A stretch of DNA of 63,946 nt, counting the filler, from Lama guanicoe (taxonomy: Eukaryota): assembly GCA_013239625.1 (NCBI GenBank). It is 163 parts of 163 records of this genome, joined end to end, with 100 filler letters (N's around TTAATTAATTAA, not from the genome) between each part and the next. Parts side by side here need not be neighbours in the genome. Positions count along the whole stretch, not along the records: positions 13,337 to 13,629 come from PNXV01053761.1; positions 13,730 to 14,022 come from PNXV01053762.1; positions 14,123 to 14,415 come from PNXV01053763.1; positions 14,516 to 14,808 come from PNXV01053764.1; positions 14,909 to 15,201 come from PNXV01053765.1; positions 15,302 to 15,594 come from PNXV01053766.1; positions 15,695 to 15,987 come from PNXV01053767.1; positions 16,088 to 16,380 come from PNXV01053768.1; 155 more parts are not named here. One strand, given 5' to 3'. Of the stretch, positions 13,237-25,513 are shown piece by piece. The position numbers and the translations under genes were made by a program. Position 1 is the first letter of the stretch. Every line of letters starts with the position of its first letter. The notes under the pieces were generated by a model. It saw only the letters and a program-made list of their open reading frames with translations. It was not told the DNA's origin and made no database searches.

Positions 13237-16087
13237 NNNNNNNNNNNNNNNNNNNNNNNNNNNNNNNNNNNNNNNNNNNNTTAATTAATTAANNNNNNNN
13301 NNNNNNNNNNNNNNNNNNNNNNNNNNNNNNNNNNNNAAAAAAAAGTCAGCAATTATTGGTAATTTCAGGAGATATGATCATTTTGAAATTTGTTCATATT
13401 TTAGAAACCTTGAAAATGTTTTACTCAGTAAAACCTCCCTCTTTAAATATTCTAGGGAAATGTGAATTTGATAAACGCATAAATAGAGGACCGTTGCTTA
13501 AAATTTTCCTTTCTTCAGAACTTCCCTACATAAATGCTTTAGCTTTGGGGCATTTATGTGGAATTACATGTTTTGGGGGCCATTCTGTGCTAAATGAGTT
13601 TACAAAATATTTTTTCAGCTATATATAATNNNNNNNNNNNNNNNNNNNNNNNNNNNNNNNNNNNNNNNNNNNNTTAATTAATTAANNNNNNNNNNNNNNN
13701 NNNNNNNNNNNNNNNNNNNNNNNNNNNNNGAAGAGAGGGAAACAGATGGGCTAGGAAGGGCAGGCTAGGAAAGGAAAAGCCAAGAGTGAGGAGAAAGGAA
13801 AGAGAAAAGAGAGAAGGAGGGAAAGAGGAGAGGGGGTGATAAAGAGGAGACGGAAAGGACAGAAAAAGAAACTGAGAGTGGCAAGGAAGGGGAATTTGAC
13901 CAAAGCTGTTTAATGAACTATATGCACTTATCTCTTCCTCTTCCCCTGAGAATTATTGTATAAAGATATGTACTCACACACACCTATAGAAACAAACTGC
14001 ACAACATGGCGAGATGGCTGTCNNNNNNNNNNNNNNNNNNNNNNNNNNNNNNNNNNNNNNNNNNNNTTAATTAATTAANNNNNNNNNNNNNNNNNNNNNN
14101 NNNNNNNNNNNNNNNNNNNNNNAACCAAACGTCATGTAAACAAGGGGTCCTGGGGCAGACAGAGCAAAACCTCCGGACTGATAAGAAACCACCCAATTTG
14201 GGGTGGCAAGTAGCTTGGAGACAGGCAAAGAAAGATGGGAAAAGGCTGGAATCGCCAAAGTCCAAATGCCACCTTTTGCTCATTATGCCCTCATTTTCAT
14301 AAAATTAGCCTTGCAGATGAGAAGTACTCATAATGCACTGACACCATGACGCTTCCAATCAAGACAAAATGAGGACAAAAATCCCTCTGTCCCTTGGGAA
14401 GGCGGAGCTGGGATGNNNNNNNNNNNNNNNNNNNNNNNNNNNNNNNNNNNNNNNNNNNNTTAATTAATTAANNNNNNNNNNNNNNNNNNNNNNNNNNNNN
14501 NNNNNNNNNNNNNNNACAGCCCGGGGCAGATAGGATCCATCCATCCTGGTCCCTCAGAGAACTTACTCCACAAAGACAAAAAAGGAGCTGGGTTTTGGCT
14601 CAGACCAGGGACAAGGCTGTCCCTCGGTCTTCCCTGAGCCCACCTGCGGAGCGACGACCAGGGTGGAGCGCACAGCCGCACAGAGCAGCGGAGTTACAGA
14701 AAGCGCAGGTAGAGGGAGAGCGGCCCCCCGCTTTTCGGGCAGGAACACAGCCCCTGTCCGAGGTGCTGGGAGGGGGCACAACCCAACCTCCTGCCTGGCC
14801 ATTCTACANNNNNNNNNNNNNNNNNNNNNNNNNNNNNNNNNNNNNNNNNNNNTTAATTAATTAANNNNNNNNNNNNNNNNNNNNNNNNNNNNNNNNNNNN
14901 NNNNNNNNCCAAGGCTGCTTCAGTAAGAAAAAGGAGGTTCCATTGTGAGTAGTGACATCAGTGGTGCCTAAGTCACAAAGTTTGTTCCAGTAAGTGGGCA
15001 AAATGTGCTCCTGCGATGCTGTTCACATCCCAGAGCGGCTCTCCATCTCTCAGCTGGGCAGGGCTGAGTGTCACCCCAGACCAGGAGGGGCAGTCAGAAA
15101 CCCTAAAAGAGTTGAGTCAGGTGGAGGCATTTAAGGAGCCCATGCACAAATCCCGGGAGGGTGGAATCAGAGCGTGCAGCCAGACTACAGAGGAGAGAAG
15201 GNNNNNNNNNNNNNNNNNNNNNNNNNNNNNNNNNNNNNNNNNNNNTTAATTAATTAANNNNNNNNNNNNNNNNNNNNNNNNNNNNNNNNNNNNNNNNNNN
15301 NCATAACTGTTTCTCCTTTTACCAAATCCTAGTCCTCCTACCTGTGTTCCGTACTCCTTCCTACCTGTCTCTGCAGAACCTTCATACGTTGCTTATAGTC
15401 CTTCCCAAAGTCATGTAAATACATCCCAATCTTTAAACCCCCCTCCATTGCCACTTCAAAGTCCTTGTCTTTAAAACCATGTCTCTTTCTTCCCCTTCAC
15501 AGGTCAGTTTCTAGAATGAGATCTCTATATTCAAATTTTTTCTCCCTCGTCTCACCTTTACTGCAGTTGAGCTTCTGCTGAAACACTCAGATCANNNNNN
15601 NNNNNNNNNNNNNNNNNNNNNNNNNNNNNNNNNNNNNNTTAATTAATTAANNNNNNNNNNNNNNNNNNNNNNNNNNNNNNNNNNNNNNNNNNNNCAAGAC
15701 AAAGTTGGGACAGCATTTCCCTAGAATCTGACTAGCCTGGAGCTCTTTGGGTAAAAACATAGAATTTCTTTCCATTGTTGCTACCAAAATTTTATGGGAC
15801 AGTTAATAATAGAAACTCCACTCTGCATTTTAACAGAAAAGGTGACCTTGGTTTACTGATATAAAATAAAAATTAGAAGAGATACCAACCTGATCTCTCA
15901 GTGAAAGTCATCAGATTCTATTAACAGTATCTCAGATACCTGTCCTATAGCTCTAAGGTGAGAAATTTACTCATCTAATATTTTTTTNNNNNNNNNNNNN
16001 NNNNNNNNNNNNNNNNNNNNNNNNNNNNNNNTTAATTAATTAANNNNNNNNNNNNNNNNNNNNNNNNNNNNNNNNNNNNNNNNNNNN

Positions 16088-16380
16088 CTTCAGACAATAC
16101 TACAGAGCTATAGTAATCAAAGCAGCATGGTATTGGCACAAAAACAGACATATGCATCAACTGAACAGAATAGAGAGCCCAGAAATAAACCCACAAACCT
16201 ACGGTCAATTAATCTTCCACAAAGAAGGCAAGAACATACAATGGAGAAAATGTCCTCAGCAAGTGGTGTTGGGAAATCTGGACAGCCACATGTAAGTCAA
16301 TGAAGTTAGAACACTTCCTCACACCATGTATAAAAATAAACTCAAAATGACTTAAAGACTTAAACATAAGACAAGACACC
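16088..16380 (+). mobile_element. L1 ORF2 fragment
   Basis: tactacagagctatagtaatcaaagcagcatggtattggcacaaaaacagaca encodes the [18 protein letters not shown] motif. Confidence 0.93.
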
Positions 16381-16873
16381 NNNNNNNNNNNNNNNNNNNN
16401 NNNNNNNNNNNNNNNNNNNNNNNNTTAATTAATTAANNNNNNNNNNNNNNNNNNNNNNNNNNNNNNNNNNNNNNNNNNNNCCTGTCCCGTCCCGACCCGG
16501 CCACTTCCTGGAAGGCAATCTCCTCTACAGAACAGGTGCGCCGTCCCGGCCTGGCAGGACCCCCGCCCCCATGCTTGGTTCCCAGGCTGGTCCAGCTCCT
16601 CTGAGGCCCCCGCCACAGGAAGCCATCCTTGTTCACGTCTGTCCCCAGACGGTGGCTCAGCCTCCAAGGACGGCGGCCAGGATGTGAGAGTCAAAGATCA
16701 GCCATGATGGTGGGGACTGACCGGTCAGCAGGGACCCTGGGCCGAGGGCAGGTTTCAGCTGAGCCCCGCCCAGNNNNNNNNNNNNNNNNNNNNNNNNNNN
16801 NNNNNNNNNNNNNNNNNTTAATTAATTAANNNNNNNNNNNNNNNNNNNNNNNNNNNNNNNNNNNNNNNNNNNN

Positions 16874-17166
16874 ATAAAATTCAACACCCATTTATGATAA
16901 AGACTCTCGCCAAAGTGGGTATTGAGGAAACATATTTCAACATAATTAAAGCTATATATGACTAACGTACAGCCAGCATAGTACTCAATAGTGAAAAACA
17001 CAAAAGCTTCCCACTAATGTCTGGGGAAAGACAAGGATGTCCACTATAACCATTCCTATTCAACATAGACCTGGAAGTCCTAGCCACAGCAGTCAGACAA
17101 GAGAAAGAAATATAAGAGATCCAAATTGGAAAAGAAAAGGTAAAAGTGTCATTATATGCTGATGAC
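16874..17166 (+). mobile_element. L1 ORF2 reverse-transcriptase fragment (degenerate)
   Basis: Translates to KIQHPFMIKTL...RQGCPL...LYADD with in-frame stops. Confidence 0.93.
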
Positions 17167-17749
17167 NNNNNNNNNNNNNNNNNNNNNNNNNNNNNNNNNN
17201 NNNNNNNNNNTTAATTAATTAANNNNNNNNNNNNNNNNNNNNNNNNNNNNNNNNNNNNNNNNNNNNCCTCCCCAGGTCATTTTTCTTCTTTCTGATCAGA
17301 GCCTCTTTTTCTAGCAAAACTGCAATGCCAATATTAATGGTATAAAATGGATCTGAGTGAAAAACCAGTGGTGTAACGTTGCTGTAATACCTCCATCCCT
17401 CTGAAGCGAACGGCATTGACCAAGGAGGGAAGGTTGGGTGTCATGTCCTGAAGGATGCTTACCTGAACTGGAACATGCCGACTGTGGGAGTGACAACACC
17501 CCGAGGGAGATGGAAGGAAGGACAGCTCTTTGTTCCACTGGTACAGATGTTGGGCAATTNNNNNNNNNNNNNNNNNNNNNNNNNNNNNNNNNNNNNNNNN
17601 NNNTTAATTAATTAANNNNNNNNNNNNNNNNNNNNNNNNNNNNNNNNNNNNNNNNNNNNGCTGATACGTCTTTTAAAATTGCACTACCGTTTGGGGAGAA
17701 TGGTAGAGGGAGGTGGGATTCTAGCTGGGAATTGCCAATGCTGTGGGCG

Positions 17750-17851
17750 GATTTTTTTTTCCTTTTATTAATTTCTTTAATGATGGTACTGGGGATTGAG
17801 CCCAGGACCTCCTGCATGCTAAATATGCGGTCTACCACTGAGCTATCACCA
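17750..17851 (-). mobile_element. tRNA-Ala-derived SINE (camelid type)
   Basis: Reverse complement reads gatagctcagtggtagaccgcatatttagcatgcaggaggtcctgggctcaatccccagtacc (A and B boxes) followed by an A-rich tail. Confidence 0.88.
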
Positions 17852-18052
17852 CTCCACTGTGGGCTGGTTCTTCTCTTGTTTCTGTTCTCCCAAATACCTC
17901 GCAATCTTCCTAAACTTTGATTCCTAATTAATTCCTAACATTGATTTTATTTNNNNNNNNNNNNNNNNNNNNNNNNNNNNNNNNNNNNNNNNNNNNTTAA
18001 TTAATTAANNNNNNNNNNNNNNNNNNNNNNNNNNNNNNNNNNNNNNNNNNNN

Positions 18053-18344
18053 AACCCACAGACTTTTGGTCAATTAATCTTTGACAAAGGAGGCAAGAAT
18101 ACACTATAGAGTAAAGACAGTCTCTTCAGCAAATGGAATTCGAGATCTATAGATAAGAACTACTATATATAAAATAGATAAATAACAAGTTTATACAATA
18201 TAGCACAGGCAGCTAAATTCAATATCTTGTGGTAACCTATAATGAAAAAGAATATTAAAACAAATATATGTTTGTATATGTATGACTGAAACTTTATGCT
18301 ACACACCAGAAGTTGACACAACATTGTAAACTGACTACACTTCA
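18053..18344 (+). mobile_element. L1 chimera: ORF2 segment joined at ~18136 to an L1 3'-terminal segment
   Basis: ggtcaattaatctttgacaaagg...ctcttcagcaaatgg is followed directly by actactatatataaaatagataaataacaag...gacacaacattgtaaactgactacacttca. Confidence 0.8.
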
Positions 18345-19420
18345 NNNNNNNNNNNNNNNNNNNNNNNNNNNNNNNNNNNNNNNNNNNNTTAATTAATTAA
18401 NNNNNNNNNNNNNNNNNNNNNNNNNNNNNNNNNNNNNNNNNNNNTTGGTGGCACAAGTTCTCTGAGGTACCAGGGCAGAAAGATCCTATCTGCTTCAGGT
18501 TGTATGCAAATCTCTGTCCTGCCTAGGAGGTTGTGGAGTCCCCAGGTATGGATTGAGGTCTCGGCCCCGCCACCACCTGGGTGCTGCGCACAGGAGAATA
18601 TGGCAGCTGTGTGGCTGTGCCCTGCCTCTCTTCTCTGGAGAAGCACCAGTAATAGCCCCGTGGGTCTGAGGAGACAAAGGCTATGGCGCCCCTACCCCCA
18701 GGGCACACCAGCAGTGTTGCTTTGCTTTTTTTCCCCCNNNNNNNNNNNNNNNNNNNNNNNNNNNNNNNNNNNNNNNNNNNNTTAATTAATTAANNNNNNN
18801 NNNNNNNNNNNNNNNNNNNNNNNNNNNNNNNNNNNNNTAAGAATTGTACCCTCTCTGCTTAAATTCCCATGTGTGAAATGAATAGCTTTGAGTCAAGCTG
18901 TACTTTAGTCCATAAGATTGTTTTTTCCCTTTATATTTGCGTCTAGGTGCTGCTAGTGTGTAAACAGCATGGTGAGATCAGGAAGCTGAAAAGGCTAAGT
19001 TGGAGTGAGGTTTCATCACTGCCGTAAGTAACCCGTGGTCTAAAAACCTGTCAGTGTTCTGCTCCTCGCTGTCTCTTGGAGCCCCTCATCCTTGCACCAG
19101 AGCCTGCCTTGTCTGCACAACCAGGGGACCNNNNNNNNNNNNNNNNNNNNNNNNNNNNNNNNNNNNNNNNNNNNTTAATTAATTAANNNNNNNNNNNNNN
19201 NNNNNNNNNNNNNNNNNNNNNNNNNNNNNNTTGGGGAGTGTTGAGTTCACGTTCCTCACAGCCCGTCCGAGGCTCCCTGTGTCTCTGGCTGCCCCTGGTG
19301 GGGTCTGCAGGGCTCTGGGCAGCTTCCCCTTGATCTCTACCCCAAGGCTGTCTGCTGTCTACAGGTTGAGTCTCAACCCTGACTGCTCAGTAGAGCTAAT
19401 GTCTAAAAACATAAAAAGGT

Positions 19421-19523
19421 GGGGAGGGTCCGGCTCAGTGGTAGAGCACATGCTTAGCATGCAAGAGATCCTGTGTTCAATTCCCAGTACCTCCATTAAA
19501 ATAAATAAATCTAACTACCCCCC
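19421..19523 (+). mobile_element. Full-length tRNA-Ala(AGC)-derived SINE (camelid type)
   Basis: ggggagggtccggctcagtggtagagcacatgcttagcatgcaagagatcctgtgttcaattcccagtacctcca then an AT-rich tail. A box, B box and anticodon loop ttAGCat are visible. Confidence 0.88.
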
Positions 19524-19623
19524 NNNNNNNNNNNNNNNNNNNNNNNNNNNNNNNNNNNNNNNNNNNNTTAATTAATTAANNNNNNNNNNNNNNNNNNNNN
19601 NNNNNNNNNNNNNNNNNNNNNNN

Positions 19624-19915
19624 AGATAGATAATGGAATGTTACTCAGCCATAAAAAAGAATGAAATGTGAAGTAATGCTATTTTAAGCAACATGGATGA
19701 ACCTAGAGATGATCATATTAAGTGAAGTGAATCAAACACAAATATGATATCACATATGTGGAATCTAAAAAATGGTACAAATGAATTTATTTACAAAACA
19801 GAAACAGACTCGCATAGAAAGGAAACTATGGTTACCAAAGGGGAAAGTGGGAGGATGGAGAAATTGGGAGTTTGGGATTAGCAGATACAAACTACTGTCT
19901 ATGAAATAGATAAAC
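19624..19915 (+). mobile_element. L1 ORF2 end and 3' UTR (cetartiodactyl type)
   Basis: aatggaatgttactcagccataaaaaagaatgaaat...gggagtttgggattagcagatacaaactact. Confidence 0.92.
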
Positions 19916-20802
19916 NNNNNNNNNNNNNNNNNNNNNNNNNNNNNNNNNNNNNNNNNNNNTTAATTAATTAANNNNNNNNNNNNNNNNNNNNNNNNNNNNN
20001 NNNNNNNNNNNNNNNTCATTTGCCATGACCCACAGTAAAAAAAAATATACACTACACTGCATCCCAAGACACACAAACTTAGTTACAAATAGTAATATAA
20101 AATTCACAGAAAATTCTTTTTCTTAGTGTATATAATACCTTCTGATGTTGTCTATTTTCTTCTATTCGATTCTGCTATTTCTTATTTCAAAATGCTGATC
20201 ATAGCCCACTAAACTGATTTCATGACCCACTAATAGATTGTACTTCGTAGTTTGAAAAATTCTTGGACCAGTTGACTTAAAATTTGTAACTTTGTAATTA
20301 CTCAGATTNNNNNNNNNNNNNNNNNNNNNNNNNNNNNNNNNNNNNNNNNNNNTTAATTAATTAANNNNNNNNNNNNNNNNNNNNNNNNNNNNNNNNNNNN
20401 NNNNNNNNTGAATTTAATGAGAATTTTCATGACAGATTCTTATTCACCACTGAATTTCCAAAAGCCTAGGACAGTGCTTGATCCATCTACATATGAAATA
20501 AATATGAGTTGAATAAATGTATAGCAGTATTATAATGAGACCTCCGCTTTGTACTCATAATTATCAATAGCAAGATTTCTCAACCATGTCACAATTGTTT
20601 TGTGTTGTGAGGGGATGCTCTGTGCTTTGCAGAATATATAGTAGCCTTCCTGAACTCTACCTAATTGATAAACATCTCCCAGGAGATAAAGTCACCCTAA
20701 GNNNNNNNNNNNNNNNNNNNNNNNNNNNNNNNNNNNNNNNNNNNNTTAATTAATTAANNNNNNNNNNNNNNNNNNNNNNNNNNNNNNNNNNNNNNNNNNN
20801 NG

Positions 20803-21093
20803 CTGGCCAGCATAACAACTGTCCCCTCACTGCGGCAGAGGCTGCAAACTGTTCCCCACTCAAATGCTGATGCTGGCAACCATACGCTGATAAGTTGGTT
20901 AATGGCTGCTGTACGTACTGTGTGGGAAAGTGCAGGGGATTTGCCTAAGCACGTGAGTAAATGGACCACGTATTTGGACTTAGCGCAAGTTGTCCGGGAA
21001 ATGGGCATGCGCCAGATGATGTTTTCTTTGCATTTCCATAGTCCGGATGATGAGCTCCTTACAGCTCGAATGAAAGATTTGATTTTGGCTAAT
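20803..21093 (+). mobile_element. gag: Class III ERV (ERV-S/ERV-L-like) gag fragment, frame open across the whole contig
   Basis: 97 codons without a stop: LASITTVPSLRQRLQ...HTLISWLMAAVRTVWESAGDLP...KWTTYLDLAQVVREMGMRQMMF...PDDELLTARMKDLILAN. It matches the recalled W-L-x-A..W / REMGM / PDDE pattern of ERV-S and ERV-L Gag. Confidence 0.75.
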
Positions 21094-21587
21094 GNNNNNN
21101 NNNNNNNNNNNNNNNNNNNNNNNNNNNNNNNNNNNNNNTTAATTAATTAANNNNNNNNNNNNNNNNNNNNNNNNNNNNNNNNNNNNNNNNNNNNCTCTCA
21201 TCTAGACTGTCAGACACCAGGGCTGGGACCACAACTCACACTTCTTCGGTTTCCCTCTTGGTGCTAGAGGTCATTTCTCAACACCTATTTTATCCCGGAC
21301 AACACACAAGGATGGGATTTCAACATCAAGTCAGGCAATAAGCTTGACACTGAACGTCATCTAATATAAACCCCAGGATATATTTGTAAGTTAACAAATA
21401 TGCAAGATATGCAATTCTCCAGATCTTAGTGCTCTCAGCTGTGAAATGAGAATAAGTAAATGCTATCACTGAGGAGTTCAATAAAATNNNNNNNNNNNNN
21501 NNNNNNNNNNNNNNNNNNNNNNNNNNNNNNNTTAATTAATTAANNNNNNNNNNNNNNNNNNNNNNNNNNNNNNNNNNNNNNNNNNNN

Positions 21588-21876
21588 TTTTTCATATTCT
21601 TTTTTATTATAGGTTACTACAAGATATTGAATATAGCTTCCTGTGCTATATCGTAGGACCTTGTTTATCTATTTTATATATAGCAGTTAGTATCTGTAAA
21701 TCTCCAACTCCCAATTTATCACTTCCCACCCCTTTTCTCCCCTGGTAACCATAAATTTGTTCTCTGTCTGTGAGTCTGTTTCTGTTTTGTAAATAAGTTT
21801 ATTTATGTCTTTTTTTTTAGATTCCAAATATAAGTGATATTATATGGTATTTTTCTTTCTCTTTCTGGCTTACTTC
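21588..21876 (-). mobile_element. L1 3' UTR fragment
   Basis: Reverse complement of the same 3' UTR seen at 19624 and 23695. Confidence 0.9.
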
Positions 21877-21976
21877 NNNNNNNNNNNNNNNNNNNNNNNN
21901 NNNNNNNNNNNNNNNNNNNNTTAATTAATTAANNNNNNNNNNNNNNNNNNNNNNNNNNNNNNNNNNNNNNNNNNNN

Positions 21977-22269
21977 ATGAGTTATCACCTTTCCAGTTTT
22001 GAGTTTCTCATTTCTGTAGCATCCTACTTGTTTTCTATTTCAAGTAGACCTTTCAATATTTCTTTTAGCATGGGTTCAGTGTTGCTAAACTCTTCTAGAT
22101 TTTTCTTGTCTGTGAAATTCTTCATGTCTCCTTCTATTCTAAAGGATAGCTTTGCTGGATAAATTATCCTTGGCTGCATCTTTTTTTTTCATTCAGGACT
22201 TTGAATATATCTTTCCACATCCTTCTGGCCTGTAGTGTTTTTGTAGAGAAATCAGCTGAGAGCCTTATG
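21977..22269 (-). mobile_element. L1 ORF1 3' fragment
   Basis: ttctaaaggatagctttgctggata...cttctggcctgtagtgtttttgtagagaaatcagctga is antisense L1 ORF1 (LSADFS motif). Confidence 0.85.
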
Positions 22270-23155
22270 NNNNNNNNNNNNNNNNNNNNNNNNNNNNNNN
22301 NNNNNNNNNNNNNTTAATTAATTAANNNNNNNNNNNNNNNNNNNNNNNNNNNNNNNNNNNNNNNNNNNNCTTCTCCCAAGCCTGGGCAGCCCAGCGCAAA
22401 GAAAGTCCCTTTCCCCGGGGACTGGAAAGTAACCTGAGTTCACTACCGACCCCAGACCCACCTGCCTCGGCCCCAGCCCCAGGCTGACCCCTGCGGCCCT
22501 GAGGGGTTCCCTGTGGGCTCCCCCTCACCCAAGTGACTGCCAGCTCCAGTGCCCCGGGTGACTCCCGGGACACCAGGCTCCTGGGAACCCAGGCCTCCTC
22601 TAACCCAGCACACTGCTGGCCCTCGAGGCCCTCGCCAGCTGCTGCGACTGCCCTGCTGGCTTNNNNNNNNNNNNNNNNNNNNNNNNNNNNNNNNNNNNNN
22701 NNNNNNTTAATTAATTAANNNNNNNNNNNNNNNNNNNNNNNNNNNNNNNNNNNNNNNNNNNNAAGTATTCTGGAAGCTGGGAGAGGAGGAGGAGCAGGTC
22801 CGGGGTGGGGGGTGGGGCTGGTGTGTGGAGAACCACCCAGGGCTGAGGCTCTGGGGAGAAGAATGATGAGTGGACAGGAGGGGAGAGCACAGCTCCTCCA
22901 CCGTGGGACTCTGGCAGCAGCTGGTAAATCTGTCACCTCCCGCCCTGGGGAGAGGGTCAGCACCCTGCCCTCCTAACTTCTTTTCCGCATTCACCCACCC
23001 CAGGATGTGTCTCTCAAGCTGGTGGCTGTGGTGCCACCGCCTTGGGGTCACTCCTNNNNNNNNNNNNNNNNNNNNNNNNNNNNNNNNNNNNNNNNNNNNT
23101 TAATTAATTAANNNNNNNNNNNNNNNNNNNNNNNNNNNNNNNNNNNNNNNNNNNN

Positions 23156-23448
23156 TGGGGTGGGGGAGGAGTTCACCACAAAGGACTTGGTAGATTGCAT
23201 GGAACGCTATTCAACCATAGAAAGCAGAGAATTCTGACACTTGCTACAACACAGATCAACCTTGGGGTCATTATGTAAAGTAAAATACACCAGTCACAAA
23301 AGGACAAATACTGTGTGATCTCATATGAGGTATCTAAACTAGTCAGATTTATAGAAACAGCAAGAATGATGGGAGCCAGGGGCTGGAGGGAGGGGGAACG
23401 GGGTGTTGTTTCATCGGTGCAGAGTTACAGTTTTGCAAGTTGTAAAAA
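23156..23448 (+). mobile_element. Old L1 (L1M-type) 3' region
   Basis: cagtcacaaaaggacaaatactgt...tatgaggtatctaaactagtcagatttatagaaacag. Confidence 0.8.
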
Positions 23449-23694
23449 NNNNNNNNNNNNNNNNNNNNNNNNNNNNNNNNNNNNNNNNNNNNTTAATTAA
23501 TTAANNNNNNNNNNNNNNNNNNNNNNNNNNNNNNNNNNNNNNNNNNNNCCCTGTCACTAGGGAGAGGACGACGGCTGGTTCTGCTGCTCACACACGTTTT
23601 GAAACATCTCATTCTCTATTTTAATTATTAAAAATTAATCTGATAAAACCACAGTCAATGTGAAAAGAGTGAAACAATTTTCTAAAACTTCAAA

Positions 23695-23841
23695 GTAAAA
23701 TGAGGGATAAATTAGGAGTTTGGGATTAGGAGATATACACTACTATACACAAAATAGATAAATAACAAGGACCTACTGTACAGCACAGGAAACTCTATTC
23801 AATATCTTATAATAACCTAAATGGAAAAGAATCTGAAAAAA
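23695..23841 (+). mobile_element. L1 3' UTR fragment
   Basis: gggataaattaggagtttgggattag...aacaaggacctactgtacagcacagg. Confidence 0.88.
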
Positions 23842-23941
23842 NNNNNNNNNNNNNNNNNNNNNNNNNNNNNNNNNNNNNNNNNNNNTTAATTAATTAANNN
23901 NNNNNNNNNNNNNNNNNNNNNNNNNNNNNNNNNNNNNNNNN

Positions 23942-24234
23942 CCCTGGGCTCTGGCCCCCGGGGCAGCGGTGGCGGCAGCGGCGGCGGGATGCGGCCCGGG
24001 CACCGCGCCCCCAGACGTCCCCCGGCCCGGAGAGCGGCGGGAGGCGCAGAGGCGAGCGGGCGCCATTTGCAGCCCCGGGCGCAGCAGCGGCGGCGGCGCG
24101 CCGGCTCCGAGGGGCTGGAGACGGTCACAAAGGAGGCACGAGCGGCCAGCGCCGAGGACGCGGCCTCCGGGCGGCGGCCGGCGGGGAGAGGCGGGCGGGG
24201 GCGGGGCGCACCGGCTCCCAGACTGTGCGGCCAC
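23942..24234. promoter_or_regulatory. CpG-island fragment (promoter or 5' UTR of an unidentified gene)
   Basis: Extreme GC/CpG density, GGC runs and GC boxes (gggcgggggcggggcg). Confidence 0.75.
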
Positions 24235-24339
24235 NNNNNNNNNNNNNNNNNNNNNNNNNNNNNNNNNNNNNNNNNNNNTTAATTAATTAANNNNNNNNNN
24301 NNNNNNNNNNNNNNNNNNNNNNNNNNNNNNNNNNAGCAG

Positions 24340-24481
24340 GAAGCTGCGCTGCACCCGGAACTACATCCACCTGAACCTGTTCCTCTCCTTCATCCTGCGA
24401 GCTCTCACCGTGTTGGTCAAGGACGACATCCTGTACTCCAACTCCGGCACGCTGCACTGCCCCGACCAGCCGTCCTCCTGG
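24340..24481 (+). CDS. VIPR2: VIP receptor 2 internal exon (ICL1-TM2-ECL1), 142 bp; missed by the ORF track
   Basis: cag|G AAG...TGG|gtaggc encodes (R)[47 protein letters not shown]. This has the class B GPCR RNYIH motif and the [12 protein letters not shown] segment recalled for VIPR2. Confidence 0.93.
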
Positions 24482-25513
24482 GTAGGCTGTCCCCGGGCAG
24501 GGTCCTCTCCCTGAAGGTGGGTGGGGATACTCACTGGGATGAAGTCCCGGCGCCGGTGCCCGGGTCCGAGGTCCCAGTCGGTGCGGAAGGAGAGGAAACT
24601 GGCCGGAGGCCGGAGCAGGCCCAGGACNNNNNNNNNNNNNNNNNNNNNNNNNNNNNNNNNNNNNNNNNNNNTTAATTAATTAANNNNNNNNNNNNNNNNN
24701 NNNNNNNNNNNNNNNNNNNNNNNNNNNTGTTTTGGGGGTTCCAATTTGTCATCCCATTTCCAGGTCCTGGGGGCATTCCTGGTTCTCATTTCCTTGGCTG
24801 ATGACCCACTAGTGGGCAAGTGGGGATCTGGCCGCCCTCCCCAGGGCCAGCATGGAGTGGAAAGTAAGGTCACCCAGGTGGGAGTGCAGACATGGGCTCC
24901 ATCCCGATTGACCCTTCCTGGCCAGATGACGTTGGGTACCTCCCTTCCCCTCTCTGAGCTTCAGTTGATTTCACTTTCTGTGAAACAAGAAGGTTAGAAT
25001 CCTTGATTTCACATGTTTCCNNNNNNNNNNNNNNNNNNNNNNNNNNNNNNNNNNNNNNNNNNNNTTAATTAATTAANNNNNNNNNNNNNNNNNNNNNNNN
25101 NNNNNNNNNNNNNNNNNNNNCTATGGCCTCGCGGTCTCCCTGTGCTCCTTTGACCCTGGATGCGTGTGAACTTGAGTTTTAGTGTCGCTACCACCTTCCA
25201 GTCCCTGGCGCTGTCCCTGCATTTGTGGTTTCTTAGGTGCCTCTGTGGGGACGACGGAGCGACATGTGCGGGACTTCATGTCCCTCACGGCGTCTCTGGG
25301 AAGCCTGTCAGAGCCAGCCTGTGCCCCAGAGCCTGGCGCGGTGCACGTCCAGGCTTCTGTTCAGCATCGAGGGCTGTCTGTGCTCAGTGCTTAGGAGACT
25401 GCGATGAGTAAAANNNNNNNNNNNNNNNNNNNNNNNNNNNNNNNNNNNNNNNNNNNNTTAATTAATTAANNNNNNNNNNNNNNNNNNNNNNNNNNNNNNN
25501 NNNNNNNNNNNNN

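Noticed and set aside
13730..13890. Long purine-rich tract with possible H-DNA (similar at 32584-32876)
   Set aside because: Ordinary GA-rich low-complexity sequence with no clear mirror repeat.
19421..19495. Possible tRNA-Ala gene
   Set aside because: The stems are mismatched, an A-rich tail follows, and there are several diverged copies, so it is a SINE.
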